Counted from the stretch's first letter, positions 1 to 8,303 are shown. The stretch: DNA of 32,000 nt from Microcystis aeruginosa NIES-2549 (GCF_000981785.2 NZ_CP011304.1:3240001-3272000); one strand, 5' to 3'. The notes: generated from the sequence alone by a model not told the origin. Program-made: numbers and translations.

Positions 1-793
1 GATGGGAATGTTGTAGCGGCAAGTCTAGATAGGGTAAAACATTCGGGGTCTCTCGGATCGCCTCGATAACCTTTGGCGTTAACCCGGTCGGGTAAGCGTA
101 GTGAACGCGAATCCAAGGTATATCGACTTCTCCCAGCGCTCGCAAGAGTTCCGCTAATTTGGGTTCGCCATATAAGTCTAACCCATAATTGGTTGTTATT
201 TGCGAAATGAGAATTAATTCTTGGACTCCTTGGTCGGCTAATTGTCGCGCTTCGGCCACAATCGACTCGATCGATCTCGATCGCTGATCGCCGCGCAGGT
301 GGGGAATAATACAGAAAGCACAGCGATAATCGCAGCCTTCGGCCACCCGCAGATAGGCGACTCCCTCGCTGGTGGTGCGATAACGGGGCAGATTTTCATC
401 GGCGATAAAAGTGGGATCGGTGCTGACTTCTTTGACTCGTTCTCCCGTCTCTACCCGTTCGACGATCTCGACGATTTTCTGATAATCCCCTGTACCGACA
501 ATGGCCACGGCTTCCGGCAATTCCGTCAGCAGTTCATCTTGGAAATGTTGGGCCATACAGCCGGAGATAATAATTTTTTTATTAGCTTCCGCCAGTTCCA
601 CGAGGGTGCGAACGGATTCTTCTCTAGCTGCTTGAATGAAACTACAGGTATTAACGATAACGTAATCGGCCAACTCCTCGTCATTATCTACGGGATAGCC
701 GGCCTTGGCCAGCAGTCCTAACATATGCTCGGAGTCGATCCGGTTTTTCTCACAGCCTAGGTGTGAGATAGCGATGGTTGGCTTATTGCCCAT
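1..793 (-). CDS. rimO: Ribosomal protein S12 methylthiotransferase RimO (N-terminal ~264 aa; gene continues beyond the window edge)
   Basis: Manual reverse translation from ATG at 793-791 gives [33 protein letters not shown]...[14 protein letters not shown]...[22 protein letters not shown]...[10 protein letters not shown]. This shows an MTTase N-terminal domain plus a radical-SAM CxxxCxxC motif. It is absent from the ORF track because there is no stop inside the window. The + ORF 242..721 is its antisense shadow. Confidence 0.9.
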   Translation of the reverse strand, partial: MGNKPTIAISHLGCEKNRIDSEHMLGLLAKAGYPVDNDEELADYVIVNTCSFIQAAREESVRTLVELAEANKKIIISGCMAQHFQDELLTELPEAVAIVGTGDYQKIVEIVERVETGERVKEVSTDPTFIADENLPRYRTTSEGVAYLRVAEGCDYRCAFCIIPHLRGDQRSRSIESIVAEARQLADQGVQELILISQITTNYGLDLYGEPKLAELLRALGEVDIPWIRVHYAYPTGLTPKVIEAIRETPNVLPYLDLPLQHSH

Positions 794-974
794 GCGATCG
801 AGTATCAACCAAATCTTAAACTTCTTCAATGTTAAGACATTTTAACGGATTCCGGAATTGATAAAATCATTAGCAGTTAAAATAATTTCCCCCCCGGTGG
901 CCCGTGGCTAGGCCTTCACCCTGTTAAAATGGGTGAGCGGCGCATGGTTTGGGACGCTAAGAGTAGTAGACGCT

Positions 975-1826
975 GTGAACTTAATTGCAACTTTCAAGAC
1001 AAAAAACCCGATTATTGGCGTGGTTCATCTCGCCCCCCTGCCCACTTCCCCCCGTTGGGGTGGCAGTCTCAAGACGGTGATCGAGCGGGCTGAACAGGAG
1101 GCGACGGCTTTGGCTGCCGGTGGTGTTGATGGTTTGATTATCGAGAATTTTTTTGATGCCCCCTTTACTAAGCAACAGGTGGATCCCGCCGTGGTTAGTG
1201 CCATGACGTTAATTGTTGATCGCATTAAAAATCTGGTGGTCTTACCGATTGGTCTTAATGTTCTCCGCAATGATGCCCATAGTGCTTTAGCGATCGCTAC
1301 CTGTGTTAATGCCCAATTTATTCGGGTTAATGTGCTAACGGGGGTTATGGCCACCGATCAGGGCATTATTGAGGGTCAAGCCCACGAACTCCTGCGTTAT
1401 CGGCGCGAATTGGGGTCTGAGGTCAAAATTTTAGCGGATGTTTTGGTTAAACACGCCCGCCCCTTGGGAACCCCTAATCTGACCACGGCGGTGCAAGATA
1501 CGATCGAACGGGGACTAGCAGACGGGGTGATCCTCTCCGGTTGGGCTACCGGTAGCCCCCCCAGTTTTGAGGATTTGGAACTGGCAGTGGCGGCGGCCAA
1601 GGGAACACCGGTTTTTATCGGCAGCGGGGCTGATTTGGACAATATCGGGCGGTTGCTGCCGGCTGCCGATGGGGTGATCGTGGCTAGTTCCCTCAAGCGT
1701 CATGGCAAAATTACTGAACCGGTGGATCCGATCCGGGTGTCGCAATTTGTGGAAACGGCCCGACAGATCAACGATCAAAGGGCAAAAATTGATAATTCGC
1801 TGCCTTCTTTGCCTCTGTCCACATAA
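975..1826 (+). CDS. btpA: Photosystem I biogenesis protein BtpA (BtpA/SgcQ family)
   Basis: The ORF 933..1826 contains NPIIGVVHLAPLPTSPRWGGSLKTVIERAEQEATALAAGGVDGLIIENFFDAPFTKQQVDP, typical of BtpA. A GTG at 975 (VNLIATFKTKNPIIG) fits the usual BtpA N-terminus better than the GTG at 933. The start is uncertain. Confidence 0.85.
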   Translation: MNLIATFKTKNPIIGVVHLAPLPTSPRWGGSLKTVIERAEQEATALAAGGVDGLIIENFFDAPFTKQQVDPAVVSAMTLIVDRIKNLVVLPIGLNVLRNDAHSALAIATCVNAQFIRVNVLTGVMATDQGIIEGQAHELLRYRRELGSEVKILADVLVKHARPLGTPNLTTAVQDTIERGLADGVILSGWATGSPPSFEDLELAVAAAKGTPVFIGSGADLDNIGRLLPAADGVIVASSLKRHGKITEPVDPIRVSQFVETARQINDQRAKIDNSLPSLPLST

Positions 1827-2004
1827 CCCCTTGCTAGAATGGCGGATAGTTATCGGCCGTGGTGCGATCGTGATCCTAAGTTTTTAGGAATTGAAAATGC
1901 CCTAATTAACGAGATATCGTTACGGAATTTTTCCTTTCAACAAAGTACATTTAGATATCCCTCCTGACCCCTCAATTCTGCTGTAATTTAATCTAAATAA
2001 TATT

Positions 2005-2991
2005 ATGCGTCGTCGTTCTGTACCTTGGATTCATCGCTACTCTCGTCCTCTAATTGGGGGCGTTTCGATCGTGGGGGCGATTCTGACTGGCTATTTAACC
2101 ATTACCAAACTGACGGGAGGGGCTGCTGCCTGCACCGCCGGAGCTACTGATGGGGCTGGTTGTAGTGGTGTTCTTAATAGTCCCTACGCTACGGTTTTCG
2201 GGCTGCCCTTGAGTTTGTTCGGTTTTTTGGCCTATATTGCCATGGCGGTTTTTGCCCTCAGTCCTCTATTTATTAATGGGGAAACTCAGAAAAATCTCCG
2301 CAAAAGTTTAGAAAATAAGACTTGGTTATTGCTGTTAGCGGGGGCGACGGCGATGGCGGTATTTAGTGGTTATTTAATGTATATTCTAGCCACGGAATTA
2401 AAGGAATTGTGTCCCTACTGCATTACTTCGGCTTTGTTCGCTTTAACCTTATTAATTCTCACAATTGTCGGTCGCGAATGGGAAGGTTTAGGACAAATTA
2501 TACTGCCGATGGTTGTAGTGGCGATGATTACTTTGGTGGGAACTTTAGCGGTTTATGCGGGAGTAAATTCCCCCACAGTGACAGGAGGAAAAGAAGAAAT
2601 TACCCGGCCAATGACAGCGGCTACACCTCCCTACGGTTGGGAAGTAACCACGGTTTCGGGAGAGGCAGAAATTGCCCTGGCTCAACATTTAAAAGCAATT
2701 GGTGCGAAAGAATACGGGGCTTTTTGGTGTCCCCACTGTTACGATCAAAAACAGTTATTTGGTAAGGAAGCGGGAGAAATCCTCAAAAAAGAAGGGGTTT
2801 ATATCGAATGCGATCCCCAAGGGGTTAATGGTAATCCCCAAGCTTGTCGCGATGCCGGAATTAAAGGTTTCCCCACTTGGATTATTAAGGGTCAAGAATA
2901 TTCGGGAACCCAAAGATTAGAGAAATTAGCGGAGATTTCCGGTTATACTGGCCCGATGAATTTTAAATATACAGTTCCGGGACGTAAGTAG
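2005..2991 (+). CDS. Vitamin K epoxide reductase (VKOR) homologue fused to a thioredoxin-like domain (cyanobacterial disulfide-bond-forming enzyme)
   Basis: The N-terminal half has multiple TM segments with Cys pairs (AACTAGATDGAGC and CPYC). The C-terminal soluble domain has WCPHC. This architecture is known for cyanobacterial VKOR-Trx fusions. Confidence 0.85.
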   Translation: MRRRSVPWIHRYSRPLIGGVSIVGAILTGYLTITKLTGGAAACTAGATDGAGCSGVLNSPYATVFGLPLSLFGFLAYIAMAVFALSPLFINGETQKNLRKSLENKTWLLLLAGATAMAVFSGYLMYILATELKELCPYCITSALFALTLLILTIVGREWEGLGQIILPMVVVAMITLVGTLAVYAGVNSPTVTGGKEEITRPMTAATPPYGWEVTTVSGEAEIALAQHLKAIGAKEYGAFWCPHCYDQKQLFGKEAGEILKKEGVYIECDPQGVNGNPQACRDAGIKGFPTWIIKGQEYSGTQRLEKLAEISGYTGPMNFKYTVPGRK

Positions 2992-3002
2992 GAAAATATT
3001 GA

Positions 3003-3025
3003 GGGGTTGAACCCTGTTCAGCCCC
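3003..3025 (+). terminator. Possible intrinsic terminator after the VKOR gene
   Basis: GGGGTTGAAC-CCT-GTTCAGCCCC forms a 10-bp stem (one G-U pair) with a 3-nt loop, followed by GACATTTTAT. The T-tract is weak. Confidence 0.4.
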
Positions 3026-3100
3026 GACATTTTATGGTGTTTGTTCTCTAGATGAAGTATAACTTTAATTTTGTTCTTAGCAATAGAGGGAGATTGAAAG

Positions 3101-4285
3101 TTGCCAGATTTTGATCAACCTATACCCCAAGAAAAACTTGACATTATTGAGAAAACTAGAGCCAATTTATTTGTTTGGCGAGGTCAGTTTTCACCCCAAC
3201 TGATAGAGACTATTTTAAGTTTCTATTGCCCATCTAATTCGGTCATTCTCGATCCTTTTGTGGGTAGCGGAACTGTTTTACTAGAGGCAAGTTATTTATC
3301 CCTAGAAGCTTATGGATTTGAGATTAATCCCGCTGCTTATATCATGAGTCATACCTATGAATTTATCAATGATTCTCAAAAAAAAGAAGTTCTTAAAAAC
3401 CTGAGAAATATCGTCGATCAAGAATTTCCTTTGAGAATTTTTGAAGTCAGTGATCAAGTAGAAAATTTAGTAGATAAATTGCAAAATACTAGGAATATGC
3501 TACCGGATCGGTCAAAGGTTTTATTTGATGCTTTGGTAATCCTTCTTGATGTGTGTAACAATAAAATTACTCAGGAATTTATTCAGAAAAAATTTTTACA
3601 TCTTAGTAATATAATTACTAAGCTACCTTACTCTCAAAAGCCGATCAGGGTTGGATTATCTGATGCTCGTTCTCTACCACTAAAAAATAATCAGATAGAT
3701 TTTGTTGTGACTTCTCCACCCTATATAAATGTTTTTAATTACCATCAAAATTATCGTCAATCTGCTGAAATCTTAGGATGGGATTTACTCAAGATAGCCA
3801 AGTCAGAAATTGGCTCTAATAGAGCAAATAGGAGTAATCGTTTCTACACTGTAGTACAATACTGTTTAGATATGGGTGACATTTTAAAGGAACTGGCAAG
3901 AGTCACCAAGCAGCAAGCAAGAATTGTTTTAATTGTAGGACAAGAATCTAACGTTCTTGGCGTACCTTTTTATAATGCTGATATTATTGAAAAAATAGGT
4001 GTCAAAACCAAGCTATTCCAGAAAGTATTAAGACAAAAAAGAAAATTTAAGAATAAATTTGGTAAAGTTATTATAGAGGATATAATTAATTTTATTAACT
4101 TAAATAATCAAGTTAGCCAAGAGGTAATAGAACAAATTTCTAGAGAGGTAGCATTCGAGGTATTGGAAAGCAGTAGGCTGTTTGTATCTTCAGAAAACCA
4201 GCTATGTTTAGAATCAGCAATTGCCAAAGTCAATAATATTCAAAAAACACCAATTTTAGATAAGAGATTATATATTGACCTTTGA
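3101..4285 (+). CDS. DNA amino-methyltransferase (N4-cytosine or N6-adenine), SPPY catalytic motif
   Basis: AdoMet motif I VILDPFVGSGTVLLEA is at aa 48-63 and catalytic motif IV VVTSPPYINVFNY is at aa 202-214 (SPPY = nt 3713-3724). Motif I precedes motif IV by ~150 aa. The TTG start at 3101 is preceded by GAGGGAG. Confidence 0.8.
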   Translation: MPDFDQPIPQEKLDIIEKTRANLFVWRGQFSPQLIETILSFYCPSNSVILDPFVGSGTVLLEASYLSLEAYGFEINPAAYIMSHTYEFINDSQKKEVLKNLRNIVDQEFPLRIFEVSDQVENLVDKLQNTRNMLPDRSKVLFDALVILLDVCNNKITQEFIQKKFLHLSNIITKLPYSQKPIRVGLSDARSLPLKNNQIDFVVTSPPYINVFNYHQNYRQSAEILGWDLLKIAKSEIGSNRANRSNRFYTVVQYCLDMGDILKELARVTKQQARIVLIVGQESNVLGVPFYNADIIEKIGVKTKLFQKVLRQKRKFKNKFGKVIIEDIINFINLNNQVSQEVIEQISREVAFEVLESSRLFVSSENQLCLESAIAKVNNIQKTPILDKRLYIDL

Positions 4286-5213
4286 ACATCAACAAAAATA
4301 CATGAACGAATTTTCCCGTCCTCACTACACGAAACTAACTGCCTGTCTTAACAATCCTCGGTTGCCAGAAGCTGATCGGGAACGTTTAGAAGAAGCTATT
4401 ATAAAATATCGCCAGTGGATTATCGAGTTAGAATCGATTAATTCTAGTCAAGCAGATGCAGTAGAAAAGCTAGTGTCAGCTACTAACCGATATAAGCGTT
4501 TTATTGAACTTGACTTGATTTTTGATAGTTCAGATAACTTTTTGTATAGACAGAAGGGACAGTTAAAATTAGATAATACTATATTAGAAGAATTTTTACC
4601 GCAGCTGATTTTCCGTAGTTTACAAGGAATAGATAACTCTTTTGAATTGGGTCCACGAAATACCTTCTCTGGACTAAGTTTCCTATCCTCTCTCGGCAAT
4701 ATTGGTCAAGGTGGTCAAGCAAATATTAGAAGCAAAAATCAGGATTTTATGCTGGGTAAAAAGTTATATATAAAGTCATCTTTTGACCCAGAATTTCAAA
4801 ATTATGAATTGATTGAGTCTCATCTTGGCTATGTTTGTGCAGAGTGCAAAACCAATTTAGATAAAACTATGTTTCAGGAAGCTGTAGCCACAAGTAGAGA
4901 TTTAAAAATTGCCGTTCCTAACTCTTTATATTTTTTGATTTGCGAATTTCTTGATATGACACCAGTTTCAATAATTTCTACTCAAATTGATGATGTGTTA
5001 ATTATACGAAAAACTAAGCGTATGACCGCTAATCTTCGACAAGAGTATCGCTCCTCAAAAGCAAGACAGCTGCACAGACAGGAATATGTAGATTTTTTGG
5101 ATGCTTCTCAATATTATCCCGATGTGTTTCAAAGGATGATCGATAAAATACAAACTCATATTGATAATACAAATCCATCACTGGAAAATGTTTTATATCA
5201 AGGATATTTCTAG
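4275..5213 (+). CDS. Putative type II restriction endonuclease (PD-(D/E)xK-like)
   Basis: The gene sits between two DNA methyltransferase genes and overlaps the upstream stop by 11 nt (or starts at ATG 4302). A candidate nuclease core is D157 (KNQDFML) ... E190-C-K192 (VCAECK). I recognise no other family signature, so the call rests mainly on context. Confidence 0.5.
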   Translation: MTFEHQQKYMNEFSRPHYTKLTACLNNPRLPEADRERLEEAIIKYRQWIIELESINSSQADAVEKLVSATNRYKRFIELDLIFDSSDNFLYRQKGQLKLDNTILEEFLPQLIFRSLQGIDNSFELGPRNTFSGLSFLSSLGNIGQGGQANIRSKNQDFMLGKKLYIKSSFDPEFQNYELIESHLGYVCAECKTNLDKTMFQEAVATSRDLKIAVPNSLYFLICEFLDMTPVSIISTQIDDVLIIRKTKRMTANLRQEYRSSKARQLHRQEYVDFLDASQYYPDVFQRMIDKIQTHIDNTNPSLENVLYQGYF

Positions 5214-5224
5214 AAATTTTCTCG

Positions 5225-5254
5225 ACATCAAGTTTAGCTACTTTGATGTATAAT
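5225..5254 (+). promoter_or_regulatory. Near-palindromic operator-like site abutting a TATAAT -10 box upstream of the C5-methyltransferase gene
   Basis: ACATCAAGT-TTAGCTA-CTTTGATGT (5225-5249) has arms ACATCAA/TTGATGT. It is immediately followed by and overlaps TATAAT (5249-5254), 26-32 nt upstream of the candidate starts. Confidence 0.35.
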
Positions 5255-5279
5255 AGAGAGGTAGATAAGTTGTTAATTA

Positions 5280-6524
5280 TTGGTTATGACTCAGGTAAAT
5301 CTACAAAAAGCCGCTAATATTCTCGGTGTAACTACCGCAGAAATACTAACATGGCAAAAGAAAAAATTAATCAAAGGTCAGAAAATTAATCAAGTTGATT
5401 GGTTATTTGATCTCGAGCAATTAACCAATCTTAAAAATAACCAATCCCCTGGAGAATTGAGAATTTTACAAACTGTTGAGCCAACTAATTACACAGTTAT
5501 TGAATTATTTGCTGGCTGTGGTGGTATGGCTTTAGGTTTAGAAAATGCGGGACTAAAAACGCAATTACTGGTGGAAATTAATCAAGATTGTGTTAATACT
5601 TTAAGACTCAATCGACCGCAATGGAATGTTATAAATCAAGACATAAAAAAGATTAAATTTTCTGATTTTAGAGACAAAATAGATGTTGTAGCTGGAGGTT
5701 TTCCCTGCCAACCTTTTAGTTATGCTGGGTTAGGAAAAGGATTAGAAGACTTGAGAGGGAGCCTATTTTTTGAGTTTGCTCGTTGTTTACAGGAAGTGCA
5801 ACCTAAAATCGCTATGGCCGAAAATGTTCGAGGATTATTAAGCAATAAAAAAGGAGAAACCTTGCAATTAATGCTGGAAGCTTTACAGGAAATCGGTTAT
5901 TATGCTGCTTATCAAGTTTTATCGGCTCAATTTCTCGATGTTCCCCAAAAAAGAGAAAGATTAATTATTATCGCCACCCGTCAAGACCTAAATATTAAAC
6001 CCATTTTTCCCCAATATAAAAACTATACTATTTCTCTGAAAAAAGCCTTAGAGAATTGTCCAACTTCTCCAGGAGTAGAATATAAAGAAAGAAAAAAAGA
6101 GATTATGTCCTTAGTTCCCGCAGGAGGAAATTGGCGGGATTTGCCGATGGATATTCAAAAAGAATATATGAAAAATAGTCTCAAAAATCACGGCGGACGG
6201 ACAGGATATGCTAAAAGATTATCTTGGGATGAACCAGCTTTAACTATTACCTGTAGTCCGGCACAAACCCAAACAGAAAGATGTCATCCCCAAGAAACTC
6301 GTCCTTTGACTGTGAGAGAATATGCACGAGTGCAGTCCTTTCCCGATGATTGGCGATTTACCGGTAATTTAACCTCTCAATATCGACAGATTGGTAATGC
6401 GGTTCCCGTGAATATGGCCTATCATCTTGGTGGCTGTTTAATTAATATGTTGCAAGGGGATTATCTGGGGGAAACACAGCCAAAAACCGAACAGTTAAGC
6501 ATTCCGGGGTTAGAAGTTAATTAA
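5280..6524 (+). CDS. DNA (cytosine-5)-methyltransferase with an N-terminal helix-turn-helix extension
   Basis: The m5C motifs are I ELFAGCGGMALG, IV GGFPCQPFS, VI ENVRGL, VIII QKRERLIIIA and X QIGNAVPV. The N-terminal ~45 aa (LQKAANILGVTTAEILTWQKKKLIKG) look like a MerR/excisionase-type HTH. The start is TTG 5280 or ATG 5286. Confidence 0.9.
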   Translation: MVMTQVNLQKAANILGVTTAEILTWQKKKLIKGQKINQVDWLFDLEQLTNLKNNQSPGELRILQTVEPTNYTVIELFAGCGGMALGLENAGLKTQLLVEINQDCVNTLRLNRPQWNVINQDIKKIKFSDFRDKIDVVAGGFPCQPFSYAGLGKGLEDLRGSLFFEFARCLQEVQPKIAMAENVRGLLSNKKGETLQLMLEALQEIGYYAAYQVLSAQFLDVPQKRERLIIIATRQDLNIKPIFPQYKNYTISLKKALENCPTSPGVEYKERKKEIMSLVPAGGNWRDLPMDIQKEYMKNSLKNHGGRTGYAKRLSWDEPALTITCSPAQTQTERCHPQETRPLTVREYARVQSFPDDWRFTGNLTSQYRQIGNAVPVNMAYHLGGCLINMLQGDYLGETQPKTEQLSIPGLEVN

Positions 6525-6606
6525 TTTTGACTAAAAGTAAATAGCACTTGCTGAATAAATGTGAAATGTAGGCAAGGTAAGGGTTTTAGGGATCGTCGCC
6601 CGTACT

Positions 6607-6628
6607 TTTTCAGCAAACCCTAACTATT
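6607..6628. repeat. Left arm of a 22-bp imperfect inverted repeat bounding the vapBC cassette
   Basis: TTTTCAGCAAACCCTAACTATT matches the reverse complement of 7536-7557 (CTTTCGGCAAACCCTAACTATT) at 20 of 22 positions. Confidence 0.8.
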
Positions 6629-6720
6629 CATAACTACTGACACGCAAAAACTATTGATTTAGGATAACAAAGACAATTATAATACTTTTGAATCACCGAT
6701 AACTGTTTCAGTTTTATTGT
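6621..6720. repeat. 100-bp direct repeat, copy 1 (duplicate of the vapB promoter/5' region)
   Basis: It aligns base-for-base with 7341-7440 at an offset of exactly 720 bp with 6 mismatches (6634, 6637, 6674, 6704, 6708, 6715). It contains a decapitated antitoxin start, ATG AAT AGT TAG, on the minus strand. Confidence 0.9.
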
Positions 6721-7133
6721 TAGATGGTATAGGGAATCTCAATAAATGGATGTTGATTGAGATCAAAATCTTGGGTATTACGAGTGACTAATTTGAGATT
6801 ATAGTAAAGGGCGATTGCTGCTTGAATGGCATCAGGCAATTTCCATTGAATAACCTTTTTGTTAGGCTGTTTGGTTGCCTTTTTTTTGATTTGTTCACGA
6901 CGGATTTGAATGACTAAATCAGTGATGTTGACATCTAAATCTATCAGGGGAAAATGGCTTAACAACTCTCCTGCTTTTTCAAAGGAATTATCATCATCAA
7001 AACCAATGAGAACTTCGGCTTTAGTAATGACAGAAATATAACTTTCATCTCGGTGAGCTTTTAGATAAACTGTAGCTTGGGTAATACCATTAAAATGGTC
7101 GATTAAAATACAGGAGTCTATTAATCGTTTCAT
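6720..7133 (-). CDS. vapC: PIN-domain toxin (VapC-type ribonuclease)
   Basis: The conserved acidic positions of PIN domains are present: LIDSCILID (D8), ITKAEVL (E), LPDAIQAA (D) and RNTQDF (D). The ATG at 7133 overlaps the antitoxin stop as ATGA. The track start at 7139 is an upstream GTG. Confidence 0.85.
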   Translation of the reverse strand: MKRLIDSCILIDHFNGITQATVYLKAHRDESYISVITKAEVLIGFDDDNSFEKAGELLSHFPLIDLDVNITDLVIQIRREQIKKKATKQPNKKVIQWKLPDAIQAAIALYYNLKLVTRNTQDFDLNQHPFIEIPYTI

Positions 7134-7351
7134 ATCCACTCCTCCCGAATTTTTTGCTGATATTCTAAGCCATCTCCTTTAGTCCAGATTGCCTGGGTTT
7201 TATCTAATAAAGCTTCAAAATCGGCTTCTGTCTTTTCATCCTCAACTACTTGAATGTTAATGGCTAACTTTGTTCCTGCTTTAAAGGGTAAGTTAGAGAG
7301 GATAATCTTCTGAGAATGATCGATGGTTAAATAGGTTTGATAACTATTCAT
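7130..7351 (-). CDS. vapB: Antitoxin partner of the PIN toxin (VapB-type)
   Basis: This small ORF lies immediately upstream of the PIN gene with a 4-bp ATGA overlap. The likely start is ATG at 7351 (MNSYQTYLTIDHS...), and the track start at 7363 is an upstream GTG. The family call rests on context. Confidence 0.6.
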   Translation of the reverse strand: MNSYQTYLTIDHSQKIILSNLPFKAGTKLAINIQVVEDEKTEADFEALLDKTQAIWTKGDGLEYQQKIREEWI

Positions 7352-7440
7352 AATTATTGACACGCAAAAACTATTGATTTAGGATAACAAAGATAATTAT
7401 AATACTTTTGAATCACCGATAACCGTTGCAGTTTCATTGT
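7341..7440. repeat. 100-bp direct repeat, copy 2 (functional vapBC 5' region; contains TATAAT on the minus strand)
   Basis: It is 94/100 identical to 6621-6720. The minus strand reads ...GTATTATAATTATC... about 45 nt upstream of the antitoxin ATG. Confidence 0.9.
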
Positions 7441-7535
7441 TCTTAATAAAACTTAATATACTTCAATTTTCTCAAAAAAATCGACTGGCCTTTACAGGAC
7501 TCGGATTAATGGGACTTCGCAAGAAACGTTAATCC

Positions 7536-7557
7536 AATAGTTAGGGTTTGCCGAAAG
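7536..7557. repeat. Right arm of the 22-bp inverted repeat bounding the vapBC cassette
   Basis: AATAGTTAGGGTTTGCCGAAAG is the reverse complement of 6607-6628 at 20 of 22 positions. Confidence 0.8.
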
Positions 7558-7583
7558 AAGCTAGATACAATTGAGTAACGCAC

Positions 7584-7616
7584 AGAAAACGGGTTTCTCG
7601 GAGAAACCCGTTTTCT
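7584..7616. repeat. Palindromic hairpin element, copy 1 (AGAAAACGGGTTTCT-loop-AGAAACCCGTTTTCT)
   Basis: A perfect 15-bp (or longer) stem. The same stem recurs at 22313, 23376 and 23862 with different loop bases. Confidence 0.9.
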
Positions 7617-7713
7617 ACTCATGCACTCATGCAAAAAGGGGAATAAATAATCAGTCTTTAATAACCAGATTTAGTATAACTACTTCTTGCATGAGTTCCT
7701 ATCCTCAGCCAGA

Positions 7714-7809
7714 AATTGATTTTGTCCGATTTTACTGTCTGGAGTCTGTAGGGTTGATTCATGAATCAACCCTACCCCGGCAGCAATTGATTTTGTCGGA
7801 TTTTACTGT
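7714..7809. repeat. Direct repeat - palindrome - direct repeat unit
   Basis: AATTGATTTTGTCCGATTTTACTGT (7714-7738) and AATTGATTTTGTCGGATTTTACTGT (7785-7809) are 24/25 identical. They flank the perfect 28-bp palindrome GTAGGGTTGATTCATGAATCAACCCTAC (7748-7775). Confidence 0.85.
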
Positions 7810-8261
7810 GCGGGGGGAATAACTTCTAACGGAATACTTTCAGTTTCTCCATCTTTAGATGGATTGACATCGAGACTTTTTTCTGCATCTGGAGTTTTTT
7901 CCACCGCTTTAGTTTCTGAGGTGGGGGGATTTTCGGGGGGGACTTCTGGACTGGGGTTATTTTCTGGGATGGGGGTGAATTCCACCGGGGTTTCGCTTTC
8001 AGGAGAGGGGGAAACTTCGGGGGAAGGTTCGATATTACGGGTAGTTTCCGGGGGAGTTTCTTCTATCCGGGGAGATTCTGGGGTAGTTGCGGGGGTAGTT
8101 GCGGGGGTATCTGGGGGGGTGTCTTCGCTGGTTTTTTGTTCTTCCTGGGGACAGGCTGCCGATTCTAAACCGAGATGACATCGGACTTCCTCCCGTCCCA
8201 AAGATACGGCAATTCCCGACACCGACATTAATAAAGCTAGGATGGGTAAGATATTCTTCAT
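7803..8261 (-). CDS. Secreted Pro/Thr/Glu-rich low-complexity protein
   Basis: The N-terminal signal-like segment MKNILPILALLMSVSGIAVS is followed by PE/PT/PS-rich repeats. The gene lies 42 nt downstream of, and co-oriented with, the substrate-binding protein gene. The opposite-strand ORF 7864..8178 is a compositional mirror. Confidence 0.6.
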   Translation of the reverse strand: MKNILPILALLMSVSGIAVSLGREEVRCHLGLESAACPQEEQKTSEDTPPDTPATTPATTPESPRIEETPPETTRNIEPSPEVSPSPESETPVEFTPIPENNPSPEVPPENPPTSETKAVEKTPDAEKSLDVNPSKDGETESIPLEVIPPAQ

Positions 8262-8303
8262 AAAATTGACTTGATTCTACTCCTCGACATCACATTGTCT
8301 ATT

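Noticed and set aside
242-721. 159-aa + strand ORF
   Set aside because: It lies entirely antisense to the clearly recognisable rimO reading frame. It has no motif content and is a typical shadow ORF.
981-1887. Several 60-110-aa ORFs on both strands overlapping btpA (981..1175, 1025..1354, 1397..1696, 1515..1778, 1702..1887)
   Set aside because: They overlap the well-supported btpA frame and have Arg/Pro/Ser-rich compositions typical of off-frame translation.
2409-2920. Alternative-frame + ORFs inside the VKOR gene (2409..2765, 2699..2920)
   Set aside because: They are out-of-frame overlaps of a confidently assigned CDS.
7571-7822. 83-aa + ORF (MSNAQKTGFSEKPVF...)
   Set aside because: It is built entirely from the palindromic hairpin element and the direct-repeat/palindrome unit. 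The TGFS(E/K)KPVF peptide is simply the hairpin translated, as in the spurious N-terminal extension of 22363..23412.
7864-8178. 104-aa Gly/Ser/Val-rich + ORF
   Set aside because: It is the complementary-strand mirror of the Pro/Thr/Glu-rich gene. The minus-strand ORF has a signal peptide and operon context, and this one has neither.
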